Shown here one piece after another: positions 1-13,000 of a stretch of 64,000 bases of DNA. This DNA is from Camelus dromedarius (taxonomy: Eukaryota). The position numbers and the translations under genes are program-made. The stretch spans positions 48,920,001 through 48,984,000 of the forward strand of contig NC_087447.1 of the NCBI RefSeq assembly GCF_036321535.1, given 5' to 3'. The notes under the pieces were generated by a model. The model saw nothing but the letters and a program-made list of their open reading frames with translations, did not search any database and had not been told where the DNA came from. How positions within the stretch are numbered: position 1 is the stretch's first letter; each line of letters starts with the position of its first letter.

Positions 1-59
1 ACGGGCTCAGGGCAGTGGACAGGCGGGCAGTGGAGGCGGTAACAACTCACATGGGCACT
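1..59 (-). CDS. CHRDL2: Chordin-like protein 2, coding exon 3 (5' part; runs off the window), end of VWC domain 1
   Basis: Minus strand has the acceptor tgtccccttcag| then AGT GCC CAT GTG AGT TGT TAC CGC CTC CAC TGC = SAHVSCYRLHCPPVHCPEP(V). This matches recalled human CHRDL2 GAHVSCYRLHCPPVHCPQPV. Phase 0 fits the exon 2 donor. Confidence 0.95.
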
Positions 60-1679
60 CTGAAGGGGACACAGGGGTCAGTCCTACTTCCAAAGAGCTG
101 TTGCCTTCCACTGTCCCCTCCCGAAACCACCCTCCACCCTAACTGTGGGGCACTGTCCTCGTTTTAAGCCTGCAATGGGATAAAAGTGATTAACTCCATG
201 TGTCCAGTCTCTCCCCTTCCCCTGCTCAGTTGTGTGGCTCTCCAATTGTGTCCCTCCCCTACCATGGAGGGGGGCACTGTGTGCCTGGATTTGCACTGGA
301 TTTGTCCCTTTGTGGTGTTTGAGAAATACAAGTAAAAGACTTGGGTTATTTCAGCATGATCTTGATTATGCTATTTTAACTCAGGGGTTTTGTTCCTTTA
401 CTTCTGGACCTGAGCCTCGTGGCTTAAGAGAGGAGTGTGACACTGGAGGGCAGGGGATAGGGATGGGAACATGGCTAGAAACAGGATGTGGAGAAGACTC
501 AGGGCTTGGTGATCTGCCCCCTAAACCTCTAGGAGATGTGAGTGACCCTGCACAAAGCCTTAGAATTGGCACCAGAGAAGGAGGGGCCCGAAGTTCTTAG
601 GCTTTTTCAAGTACAGCAAATGAAAGAGAAGGGGAAGAGAAACATTCACAGAGAGATGTGCAGAAACAGAGGAGCTGGAAGGAGAGGCCACCACTGGAGG
701 TTTTTCCAGCTCTCCAGGAAGTTTGTCAGCCTGTCCCAGGCATCCCACACCTTCCTCTCCCTTCTGCTATCACGAGCCATTATATCTGTCTCTTCTATTC
801 AACTGTGAATTCCCAAGAACAAGGACCAAACCTCAGTCTATTTGTCTCTGAACTGTCAGCACAGGGTCTTGCTCCAAGCAAGTGCCTGCTGAAGTTTGAA
901 TGAACAAACAAGCAAATGAATGAGAGCCAGGAGGGGAGGGAGAGGTGGTCTCCCTCTTAAACAAATGGCGCTGGCTTTGATTAAACTTAGAAGTTGCCAG
1001 GTGTGTTTCCAGCTCCCTTGCCCACTTGAGTGCCCCAGCCACACTTCCCTCAGAGACAGCCTCCTGCCCCATGGAGAACCCTGGACCAGGCCTTAGTCCC
1101 GCTGGGGTCACTGCTTCCCAAGATGGCCAGGAGTGATCACAAGGACTAATCAGGACATCCTAGAATCCACAGAATTGACCTGAGCCCCAAAAGGGGCCTT
1201 CTTGAGGCACACAGGGATCCTTAATAGATGTCCAGAGAGTGAACTGACCCCTTAGATTAGACCCTAGGGTGGAGTGTTGTCAGAAGAGTTAGAATCTCTC
1301 TCTGGATTCTGGCCTTGAAGGAACCAAGGGCTGGAGAACAGCGACATGCAGCAGGAAGTAAGGTGAAGACAGGCTAGGGGGCGAAAGGGCAGGGGGCAAG
1401 GCGAGAGGCCTTGCAGCCAAAGGGTGCCTCTCAGGAAAGTCATAACTACCATTTATTGGGTTGCTCTAGGCAAGGGCTCTGTGTTATATGAAAATGTATC
1501 ATCTCACTTCATCTAAACAGTCCTAGAGGTGGGCATTATTATCCACACTTTCAAAAGGAGAAGAGAGCCACTGAGGGGTGAAGTTGCCTAAGATCACACA
1601 GCAGGAAAACACTGTCTAGTGTCTGTGTACTTCCCGTGATGCTGAGCTGTGTTTGGTGGATGGGGCAGGGACTCAGTCA

Positions 1680-2400
1680 TTCACTCAATATTTACTGCAG
1701 GACAGCTGGGTGCCAGGTCTTCTTCTGAGCACTCGGGCCATAGCAGTGAGTAAGAGACAAGGGTTCTGCTCTCACGGAGCTTACCTCCTAGCAGGGGGAG
1801 GCAGACTATAAAAAATAAACAAGTAGGAACAAGATCATGTCAGATGTTACATTTATAATAGGAGTAAAACAGAGTAACGTGATTGTGTTAACAAGATTGG
1901 GCTATTTTAGAAACAGCTGTAGAGAAAGCCTCATAAGGAGGTAACATTATGTTGTGAACTGCAAGATGAGAAGGAATCATTCCTGGGAAGATCTCGGGGA
2001 AGAACATTCTGGGTAGAAGAACAAGTAGAAATGAGTTTGAAGTGTTGGCCCAGGGAGGAAATGAGGTTGTAGAATAAGGCAGAAATCAGATCGTGTAAAG
2101 CCCGCAGCAGGCGATTTGAATTTTACTTTAGGTTCAACGAAAAGCTGTTGGAGGGTTTTAGATGCTGCTGGAATGACATGATTAGTTTCATGCTCAGAAA
2201 AGATCCTTCTAGCTGCTCTCTGGTGGACACATTAGAAAGGGGTACGAGGAGACCCTGTGGGTTGCTCGTGTAGCAGCCCGGGTGAGAGAAGGAGGTGGCT
2301 TAGATTAGGGGGAGCGGGGATGGGGAGAAGTGGAGGGTTTTGGGGTGTATTTGGAGGATGTCGGCTATAGCTCCTCGAGCTGAGGAAACTGTATGTGTGA
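1680..2400 (-). mobile_element. Old L2 LINE fragment
   Basis: Typical L2 3' signature (cattcactcaatatttactg...tgccagg...agatccttctagctgct...ggagaagtgg). Confidence 0.6.
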
Positions 2401-3789
2401 ACTCTGGGGAGGGAGAAATGAATTAGCTTCACTGGATCACAAAACTTGGACTTGGTCAACTGGACCGCATGATATGTCTGGAATTTTCTGTTATGGTTTC
2501 CTTCCTGTTTTTGGCTATATTTCATAAAGTTCTCTTTGAAAAGGCTGATTGACCTCAGATGTGCTAAGGAAAACCAAGGGGAGGCAGGGATGGGGGGTTA
2601 TGCCCCCATTGGCATCAGGTTCTTCCTGGGGCCAACACAGTAGAAGCAGTGGGGAAATCAGAGGAAAGGACATCCAGAGGAGTGAGACCTTAGTGGTCAG
2701 AGTCAGGAGAGGGGCTGGCCCCTGCCCCCTCCAGCTCCCAGTGTTTCATTAAAAGCTCTTCTCTGCTCCCACCCTGAGTATTGTTTTAACAAGACAGGCT
2801 CTCACAGGTCTTCCGCATTCTTCCCTTGGCTTTGTGCAGGGAGAGGGGCTAAGGGGCTGGCTCCAGCTAGGAGTTAGGTACCCTTCCCCTAAGCACCAGC
2901 ACCTGGACAGAGAGAGCTATGGACTTCATGCCAATGGGGCTGGACCCGAGGCAGCTGATCCAGGGCCAAGGGGGTTCAAGTCTCCCTTCTTCCCCATCCT
3001 CTAACTCCATACTTGTCTTGGGAGTTCTGGACCACATGAGGGTCTCATTTATTCCACCTAGTTGACTGTACCAGGCCCTGTGAAGGGTGCTGGGTTGGGG
3101 TGGGCTGGGAGGAGACAGGCAAATAAAAAGATCTGGTCTCTGCCCCAGTTTGTACATCCTTCTGCAAGACCCTGAACTGGGCATGAGTGAGTGCTCAGGA
3201 AGACCTGCTTCCAGGGCTCCATCAGGGAGGGGCAGTGACTGATAGATACAGATAAGCATTTTACCTGGCCAACAGTGATCAGGAGAAAGGGACAGAGAGA
3301 CTTACATGGCCTCCCAGAAGAAAATACTTCCAGGTAAGGGATCAAATAAGGTTCCTTGTGGAGGTGGCATTTGGGCGAAGCCTCAAAGTATAAATATTTG
3401 GACCAGTAGCCTTGGGAGAATGCATCCTAAGGCAGGGGGGGCAAGAGAGGAGGCTGGAAGAGATAGCACAAGGAAAGGAAGGATTAGGAGGTCAGGTCAG
3501 AAAGGCTCTGTCTTCTGCTGCATGAGCACAGGGAGGCTGGCAGCAGCAGGAAAGAAGGCTGGATGAGAGATGGGAGGCCCGGGTATGCCTACGTATTAGG
3601 TACTCAGTAGTGAAGTGATGTGGCCCCTGGTCCCTCAGTTGCTGCTGACAGAGCACTATTCTAGGGGACCTGGTTCCAGAGTGCTCCTCACCCCCAGAAT
3701 CAGGCTGTCCTCCCTCCTTCTGGGGTGCCTTCTCTAGAGGTCTCTCAGATGTACTTGTCACAGGTGGCCAGGTGGCCAGAGGAACCTAC

Positions 3790-3902
3790 CTCAGAGCAAG
3801 TGCAGCGCAGGCAGTACATCAGGCCCTGTGGCTCCAGGTAGGGGTGCCAGCTCTCGCCAGGGGAATATCTCTTTCCATGGAAAAGGCAGAACATGTCTGG
3901 GC
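3790..3902 (-). CDS. CHRDL2: Chordin-like protein 2, coding exon 2 (113 bp), start of VWC domain 1
   Basis: Acceptor ggtttgccag|, donor GAG|gtaggt. Encodes (R)PDMFCLFHGKRYSPGESWHPYLEPQGLMYCLRCTCSE. Phase 1 start fits exon 1 (82+113=195 nt). Confidence 0.97.
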
Positions 3903-6870
3903 CTGGCAAACCAACCAGTGCTTTGTCAGTTCTAGGAGACTCCAGCCCAAAGTCCCTGCCTCATCCCTCCCTCTTTCTGGCTCTAGGAAGGATGTCATCT
4001 GGACGACTCAGGCAAAAGAGAATCCATGGGATGTGCTCTCCTAGTCAGGGGGCCAGAGTTTGAAAATCAGCTTGACCACACACTTACTGTGTGACTTTGG
4101 ATATGTCACTGACCCTCTCTGAACCTTAACACTTCTCTCACAGAGTGATTAGGAGTCAAGCAGTGAAAGTGCTTTACAGATTTAGATTGTGGTATAAATG
4201 TTAGTTATTATGATTAGATGTATAATCTGAGGCCCAGAGACGGTAAACTATACCTCTAAGGACACACAGCAAGTCAGTTATCAAGCAGGTATGGCAGCCG
4301 AAGTCTCCTGACTCACAGTGCAGTGCTCTTTCTGCCCTCATAATTAAACTTGCTTCCTTTTCCTTTGTCCCATTTTGCTTATTTATTTACTACATTTCTG
4401 CACCTTCTTCTCCCTTGCCCTCTGCTGCTCCCCTGCCTCCATACACACACACACACACCTTCTCTGGGCCCTGTGACCTACCTTTTGAATAATGCCACTG
4501 ACAGCAGCTTTCCTGCTCTCATACTACACTGTGTCCTCATATCTCAGTGAGCTCTGAGGAAAGTGTCTGAATTGGGAAAACAAAGTGTTGCCTAGCGAAA
4601 GGTTGTTAGAAAGCTGACTTTTAAATATCCCTAAATATAGTCATTGGTACTATGACTGCATATCAATGGATTATTTTTGTAATCTGCATATCAGTTTTCA
4701 ATATGTAGATGAATGCTTCTAAAAATGATTGAAACAGTTTGTTTCATTATGTGGGTTAGCTCTCTCTCCTGCAATCCTGCTTTCCTGAAACCTCCACCTC
4801 TCTCTCACCTCCAGTCAATTGCTCAGTCTTTCAAACTCTCTAGAACACTCCTGACCTGTCACCAGTTCACCACTTAGCCCCAGGTCAGGGCTGAGTCAGG
4901 CACTAAGGTCCCCTTGCCCCACCCTTCTACCTGGCCATGTCCCTGCCAACCCTCCTCCACACAGGTACCTGGTGATTTTTACAACCCAGAGGGGATGCCA
5001 TCATTCCTACAAAAAACTCTCCATTATCTGAAGAATAATCTAAGCCCTTTTAGAGGGAGAAACTGGGAGGCCCAGCACAAGGTAAATGTCCATAAAGATG
5101 TTGTTAAACTAAATGAGGTGGAAATTTAGAGAAAGGAACCAACATTTTTTGATAATATTCCCTTTATGTAAATTACTTAATTATCTTATTAACATCAATG
5201 TTTTGGGGATTAAATTGGATAATGCTTGGATAGTGCTTACTTAGCCCAATTCCTGACACTTAGTTGAATGCTATTATTATGATAATTATGGTAACAATGA
5301 CCCTGCAAGATGGACCTCACCATCTGTTCATGATTCAAGAGGATCTGGTCAGTTTTAGAGTCATTGGGACTGTTCCCATGATTGTGAGAAAACTAGATGA
5401 GAAAACCAAGGATCACAGAGACTGAGTGACTTGCCTGTGGCCACCCAGCTATTAATTTGAACCTAGGACTCCAGGTTCCCAAGCAGAACTCTTTTCAGCA
5501 CACCTCACCCACTATGGCTTTTTGCCCAAAATCAGGGCCTAGAGGTTCCTTCTCTAGGCCACACTGACCACCATACCCCATTCCTTATTTTTTTTCTCTT
5601 GGTCCCCGGTTGGCCTAGAATCTAGAGGTTGCCTTTCATGCCTCCTCCTACACACTGTCTAGACCTTCACACTTTCTGAATCATTCTTAGACATTTTAAC
5701 TTGCAGAATCGCAACGCACTTAAAGTGGTACAGTAGCGGGGGCAGTTCACCCACGAGGCAGGAATTCCCTCAGTGTTGGGGTGGGCTGGAGTGCAGCCCC
5801 CCGCACACAGCTCAGAGGACAGGAGCTAAGGGCTGTTCCTAACCTTCGAAAGTTTCCTTTGTGAGAAGCTGAGACCAGCCACCCTCTGGCTCCCTGCACT
5901 GCTTCTGCCTCTTGGGCCTCCCAGAGCAAAGATTTGAGGCCATGGTCATGATGCCTTCAGAGTCTGTGCTTCAACGGCCACTGGGGACCATAGCTTAGTT
6001 CCCTCCCCACCTCCATCCCAACCCCCCAAAGTAGAGGGGGGATCAGACAGCAGATCCCGTTCCCAGCAAGGCCCCGGCTGGCCTGGCCCGGCTGGCCTGG
6101 CCCGTATCAAATGAGCTGTGTTTATCTCTCAGCCTCCGCTGGCAGAGAGGGCGGGACACAGGCCCAGCTGGGGTGCTTGTCAGAGCCAGCCCAACTCTCC
6201 AAGGACTGAATAATGTCTTTCTTCCTCAGTCTCCTCCCCGGACCAGGGAAGGAGGCGATTGCAACACTACCGTGGCCTTAGGTCTCAGCCTCACTGCTGA
6301 AGAAACCCTGTCCCAGCTTCCTTGGGGCGGCCCTGTAGCCTGGCCCCTGTGCCAGCTGGCACCACCAACCCCTCCCCGCCTGCTCAGATCATGAAAACAG
6401 ACAGAATGTCTCATCCCCTGCCCAGGCCAGGAGCCCCTGCCCCCTACCGACCGACCTGGCAGAAGCTGAGAGTGTGGGGGGCCTGGCTAGCTGTCCCTCA
6501 ACCCCAGGAACCACAATCCCCACCCCACTATACCCCGCAAGGTTCCAAGGTCAGAGTCACAAGGGAGGGTGGCATTGCCTGGAGCTCCCTCTTCTAGGGA
6601 GGTGAGTGCCTGAGGCCATGCCAAAACCAGGCAGGAGGAGGAGCTGCCAGGACCGCAGGCTGCCCCATCCCCATAGTCCTGGCACTCGCCCCATCCTTGC
6701 ACATGGCTGGTGGAAGGAGCTCTGGTTCCTTGTGCCACAAATTCACTGTGTGACGTTGAGGAAGACACTTTCTTTCCTTCTCTGAGCCTCAGTTTCCCAT
6801 CTGAAAAATAAGGGCCGGGGATGAACTTTGATCTTCAAAGCTTTTCTGCACAGATAGTTTATGAAGCCAT

Positions 6871-7030
6871 GATCTCAAAATTCTAAGACTCCAAGGCTCT
6901 AGGTTTCTAAGATTCAAGATTTGAGAATTCCAGGTTTCTAAGAGCCTATACTGCATTATAAAATGAAGCTTCTAGAGTTGTATGATGTTGTAGTTCTAAG
7001 AGTTGTTCATTTTAAGCTTCCATGATTCAG
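6871..7030 (+). repeat. Degenerate octamer array (TTCTAAGA-like), probably an expanded MIR3/CR1-type tail
   Basis: Recurrent ttctaaga, ttctaga and ttcaaga units directly after a MIR-like core (tctgagcctcagtttcccatctg at about 6781). Confidence 0.5.
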
Positions 7031-10000
7031 GGCATGTTGATGGTGCCATATGCCTAGGTTCTCAGGGTCTCCAAGGTGGGCTAGGATGAGGTTCAGGCAG
7101 CCAGCGGGGCCGATCCTGAGTGACAGGGAGAAGGAGACAGGGTTTGTCTCTCACACCCCCTCCCTTCCCATCCACTGCCTCTGGTCCTCTGGGTCATTCC
7201 CACCCCAGCCCTGGCCCTAGGCCTGCCCTGCTTCCTCTCTCCCCTCGCCCCACCATATCTCACCCCACCCATCGTCTCTCTCTGTCTCTAACTCGGGGGC
7301 CAGCTTCACCCTCTCTTGGGACTTTAGGAGTCAATGGCCCCTGGCAGTGATGTCTAACCCAGGAAAAAGACATTAGTGCAGGAAGTTTTTGTTTGAGGAG
7401 GACAGTTGGCCCTGTTCCAGGTTTTAGACAGAGAAGAATTAAAGTGGGACAGGTTTCATGCCCCTCAAAACCCCTCACTCAGTGCACATGTGTAAATAGT
7501 CCAAAATCCCTGGCTTTGGAATCAGATATGCTGGGGTTCAAATTGGATTTGGCTTTTATCTGCAGCCTGCTTTCAGATAAGCTATTTAAACATTCCAAGC
7601 CTCAGTTTCCATATCTGTTAAGTGGGATTAGAAATAATGTCTACCTTTGGGGGGTTATTGCAGAATTAAATCAAATAATATATGTAATATGCCTAATGCC
7701 TTCCACATATTAGATGTTCAATTAAGTGTAAGTTAAAAACAAACAGACAAAAAGCAGATCTGGGTGCTGACCCCAAACTTCCCTAACACTCTGTTTCTCA
7801 TAGTCTTCCTTTTACTCCCAGAATTCTATAGGAAGCCCCCAGGTACCTATTAGGGCACAGATATCATGGTACCTGCCACTAAGGTCAAATCTCCCAGGTT
7901 TCAGCCTCACCAACCCTGTTTCCTCTGGTTCCCTGCACTTTTCGAGCCTCATTCACAAGCTAGATTCCCTCAACACCACCTCTGTCTACACAGATCTCGG
8001 GCTGGCATACAGAGATGACAGTGATCAGAAAGGTTGAAGGAGAGAATGGGAGGGCAGGGGTGAGAGGCCAGAGGTCAGGCTAGAGAAAGAGGCAGAGGTT
8101 CACAAAGGGCCTTGAGTGCCCCAAGGGCAAAGGAAAGCCACAGAAAGGCATTCATCTGTATGCCCCTGGTCAGGTTTGCATTTTAGAATCATCACTGTGG
8201 CTGCAGGAATGGAGAATGGATTGGAGGGCAAGACTAGAGGCAGAGAGAGGAGAGGGGAGGCTGCGACAGTCATCTGTTTTGAGATAATGCTGGCCTGGCC
8301 CAAGGTGGAAGCAGTGCTGATGGGTAGGAGTACAGATCTGAGGAACTTTTGGTAGGTACAGTGGGTAGGCTTTCAGACAGACTAGATATGGGCGGACAGG
8401 GTGAAGGAGCAGTCAAGGATGCGATTCAGGTTTCAGGCCTGCATAACCAGGTGAATGTGGGGCTTTTCGCACAGTAGGCAGTAAATGTTATTATTAGTTT
8501 TGATATCTTATTATCATTAGTAATGGTACCATTTGTTCCTGCTATTCATTTATTGAGCATTTTGTATATCAGGTCATACATGTCCATGGGCCTGGTACCT
8601 GATTAAATAAGACACCAGTCCTCACCTACAAGGAGCTCATAGTCTAATGGAGAAGACAGATATAATACAAACAGTTTGACAAATGCTGTAATAGTGGAAG
8701 CAAAAGGTCCTCAGGGACGGCTTCCCTGAAAAGATGCCTGTGAAGGAGTTAACAAAGTAGAGATGTGCAGAGCAGAAGCTGCATGCAAAGGCACAGGAAT
8801 GGGGCTGACCGTGGTTCACACAGGCCACAGAAGTTGGCTGGGCCTGCTAGGTGCTAGCCCTTCTTTCCGCAGGAAGCATCCACTTGGATAGACCACAGCT
8901 GAAGCTCTTTACCTTGCTTGACACTGACTTAACGTGACTGGATTTAGTTGATGTAATCTGAATTCAGGGCAGCGATATTTACTAGACAGACTCTGGTGTC
9001 TGTTACAGTGTTATCAAGTCACCCCAGCCTGTCATGAGCAGGCTCCCACCAGCTTTCCCAGCATAACTCTCTGCAGTAGCCCTCTTTTCAGTCTTACCTC
9101 TTCTTGCTAAATTTCTCTCTCTCCCCCACCCCCACCCATGCTCCTTCATGCTTCTGTGCCTTTGCACATGCTGTTTCCTCTGCCTGGAAATGTGATTCCC
9201 CATCTCCAATGTTTGACCAACTCCATGTTCTTCCAAAGCCTGTTTAGGTGCCACCCTGTGAAGCTGCCCCAACCTTCTAGGCCATTGGTCAGTCCTTCCT
9301 CGAGGCTCCCACAGAAGTGAGTTCAGCCCTCCATCACAACTCTCATCAGGCTGGATTAGAAGTACTTATTGAATGGGTTCTTCTTCCTTACTAAACTGTG
9401 AGCTTCTTGAGAGCAAGGACCAGATCTCATTCATTTTTGTATCTCCAGTGGTCTACGAAGAGCCTACGCAGAGTTAGTGCTTGATGAATGAATGTACGGT
9501 GAAAGAATGGAGTTAACAGAGAGGGGAGGATCCAGAAGAGGAAGTGATTGATGGTCCTTAATCCTGGAAACCTCCTGCTTTAACAAAAAGAGAACTTCAT
9601 TCTGCAATAGGAAAATGAAATCCCTCTCAGCACTTTGACCTTGCCACCTAACAGGAATTAGTTTGAGCTCCCTTTTCTAGCTCCTGTCATCTGAACTCCC
9701 AAACTACCCACCAAACCAAACACTGTGTACAGAAAGGTCAGGAGCCTGGGCAGGTATGAGGATGAGCGATTCCATGATCTTCACATGTAAGTCAAAATTC
9801 CTGAACTGTCTCATCCAAGGTCATCCCACAGTCTGCCTTAAAACTCCCGTGTTATGATAAAGGACTCTTAGGGGGCCAGTCAGGACTGGGAATTCTTCCA
9901 ATAGGAAGCAGAAAAGACAACCAGAAAAAAGCTTCTGGGCTGCAGGAGAGGCTGGATACCTCTGGAAATGGCCCCAGGTGGAGCTGGGACTGGAACTGTG

Positions 10001-13000
10001 GCTGGCCTGTCCCCAGCCTGCAGGAACTCAGGAAACCTGAGCGAGCCAGGCTGCGTGGGAATGTGAGAATGTTTACATTTTTTCCCTCATGCCCACACAG
10101 CCATACTTTATTCATTTATAGTCCCCTTTTCACACAAACAAACTTGCTCCCCTCTAAGACATAAGCTGTGCTCTGGGCACTGGCACCCGAAGGCAGAGGC
10201 CTCCTAAGGGAATCAGAAGCAAACCTCGGCTCTTCAGTGGCGGAGCTGTGCAATCTAGGGAAAAGGCCCTCACTTCTCTGAACCTGAATTCTTATCTGGC
10301 ACATGACAGATGTTTGGGAGCCTAGAAGGACCTCAAAGGAGAGAGTCATCAAACCAGGAAAAGTTGCTCTGTTGCCTGGCAAGGGTCAGAGGGCAGAGAA
10401 GAGACTGTTTACGTTCTATTCTGCCTTGATGTCGATTAGACATACGCACTTAGATTCACAGAATCTTAGAAGTTAGGGACCGAGAGATGATATCCAATCC
10501 TCTATTTTACAGAAGTGGACACTGAGTCCCAGAGAGGACTGGAACTTGTCTAAGGTCATTGATTTTTGCCAGCACAAACTCCAATGCCAGTCTTCGGATC
10601 TGGGTAGGTGAGGGCTGCTTATAGAAACACCCATCCCCAAAGGGACAGGACCAGAAGAAATGACTTTAGATTGCAAACAAAAGGATTCAGGTGAGACACA
10701 CACAAAAAATCTTGACTACAAAAATGGGTAACAGAAGAAGAGTATGGAACAGGCTTCTCTGGGGTGGGATCCTGCCCAGAGGCAGGGGAATGCCTGCAGT
10801 GATCTTTGCAGTGCAGCTCCCAGGGGCACTGCTTACATGCCAGTCCTTTTCTTTGGGAGTCCAAGGGATTCAAGGTCTCTCTCCCAGAGCCTGGCGCCGT
10901 GGCCGGCGGCTGGGGGAACTTGAGAGGCCAGTCCTGGAACAGGTGCAACAGCTGGAGCAACTGCACAGCTGCTGCCCGGCTCCAGCTCAGCAGCCTGCAA
11001 GCGAGTGAGTGAGACAGAGACCTCTACTGGTGGGAGAGAGGAAGTGCAGAACCTTCCAGATAGACCTGAAGAGGGGCCTGACTGGAGCCAGATGTCCAGC
11101 TTTCCCTCAGGTGCCCCCCTACACCTTCATGTACATCTGGACAGGTGGATGGGTATATGACTAAGCTGAACAGCAGGGAAGGGTCCCCACTGGCATATCT
11201 TCCTCTATATCCACTGTCCCAGGCCCTCTAGGCATTTTCTGTTGGTGTCTGAGGGTCTGTCTGTTCACTCCTCCCTGGCAGGGCAGGAGTACCAGGCTGC
11301 ATACCCACACTCCCCCAACTCCCTTTTCCAAAAGTCAGAGTGGACTCATAATCAAGGCAACAGAATCTTTGGATTTTAGAGTCTTAGAATCACGGGATGT
11401 TAAAGCTGAAATGGTTCTCAATGATAATCTATTAGACTCCCAACCATCTCATGCCTTACAGCTGAGAAAACTCAGGGGCAAAGAAGGGCAACTGGCCTGG
11501 GTCATGGTTGGAATTGGTGGGAGAGCCAGGGCTAGAACCCTGAACTTCTGATTCCAAGTTTACCCTCTGTACCACATCATATTACAGGAGCTCCCTTCCC
11601 ACCCCATCTCTGCTTCTGGGGTGTGGGATTTTGTCACCTGGAGAAAAAAAAAAAAACTTAGATTCCCATAGTATACACAACCCTTGGAGATAGAATAGAG
11701 GGGCCGATGTTTTTACCTAGTAACTGACTCTCTCCTGCAATCAGAATTGGATGTAGGGAAAGAAGAGAAAGCAGAAGCATGCTGGGCACCTTAAAAGGGG
11801 CAAGGGGCAATCAGTAAGGGAAGAGCACAAGGAAGAGGAGCTGACATTGGACAAATCAATCACTGGAGAGGGATCTGAGATTCTAGGCAGATTCTCATTC
11901 CACAGAGGCATTGGGGGATGAGTGTCCAAAGCAGTCGACATCATGCTTGCATGCATCGCAGCCTGGGACTGAGATCAGCACTGGTCAGGGACCCGCCCTG
12001 GGTAAGGGCTCTAGCCAAGAGTGGAATTGGGTTTGATCTATGGTAGCATTTGAGGATTAGGGCTTGACCTGTGGCTGGAGTTGAGACTCAGTCTGGGCTG
12101 AGATCAGGGCTCAATCTGTGGCTGGAAATAGAGCCAAGGATAGAACAACCTTTGTTTGAATAACCTTGTACTTTAACTGAGGAACAGGCTGCCACACATG
12201 TTCACAGGCCCTTGGCATTTTGCACGACTGGGCCACCTCAAGAGTCAGACACCAGGAGGGCTTGAGAATTTCCATCTGTTGGCTACATTTCTGAAAGCAC
12301 CTAAGATGTCACCAGGAGACTCCTTACCTACAACAGGCCTGACATCTTACTAACTAAACTGACTAAACTAAGATGAGGACCTTTATAAGAGATCTTCAAA
12401 TAGGACCTTGGAAAATGACTATAGGATTGTTTCTAGATTCATAGATTGTTAGCATTATACAAAGTGAGGCTCAGAGAAGGGAAGTGATTTGTCCTAATTC
12501 ACACAACCAACAAGCGACAAATTAGAGATTAGGATCCAGGCCTCTGTTCTTTTCTTTAATAAATTTGATGTGTGACTTTGGGCAAGTTACTCCCCCTTTC
12601 TGGGCTTCAGTTTAACTATAAGGATTGGTACATTGAAGGGTAGAAGCAGATGATTTTCAAAGGTTCTTCCAGCTCTGACACTCCAGGATCTTAACACACC
12701 CCTCTGACTACTAGTCCACCTCACCTTAACTCAACAATTCTGCTCTGAGGTTTTTCTTGCATGTCAGGAGCTAGGCTCCAGACAAGGGGAGATGGAATAC
12801 AGGCAGCACCTTCTGAGAAATATGGGTCCAAAGGCCAGTGGAGGGCAGAGGAGGGGAGATCAGAGTGGGTCAGGTGACAGGGAGAGTTTGCTTGCAAAGG
12901 TATGACCTGAGCAGAGCTGCAGAGGGCTGACAGGCTATGGGAGGCAAGGAGGAGGGGTATGAGTGGGTCATGAGCAATCTGCATAAAGATCTGATTCCAG

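Noticed and set aside
3903..3965. 5'-extended CHRDL2 exon 2 with its own start (ALVGLPG-PDMF)
   Set aside because: The frame reads K-ALVGLPG with no ATG before an upstream TGA, so no AUG-initiated form exists here.
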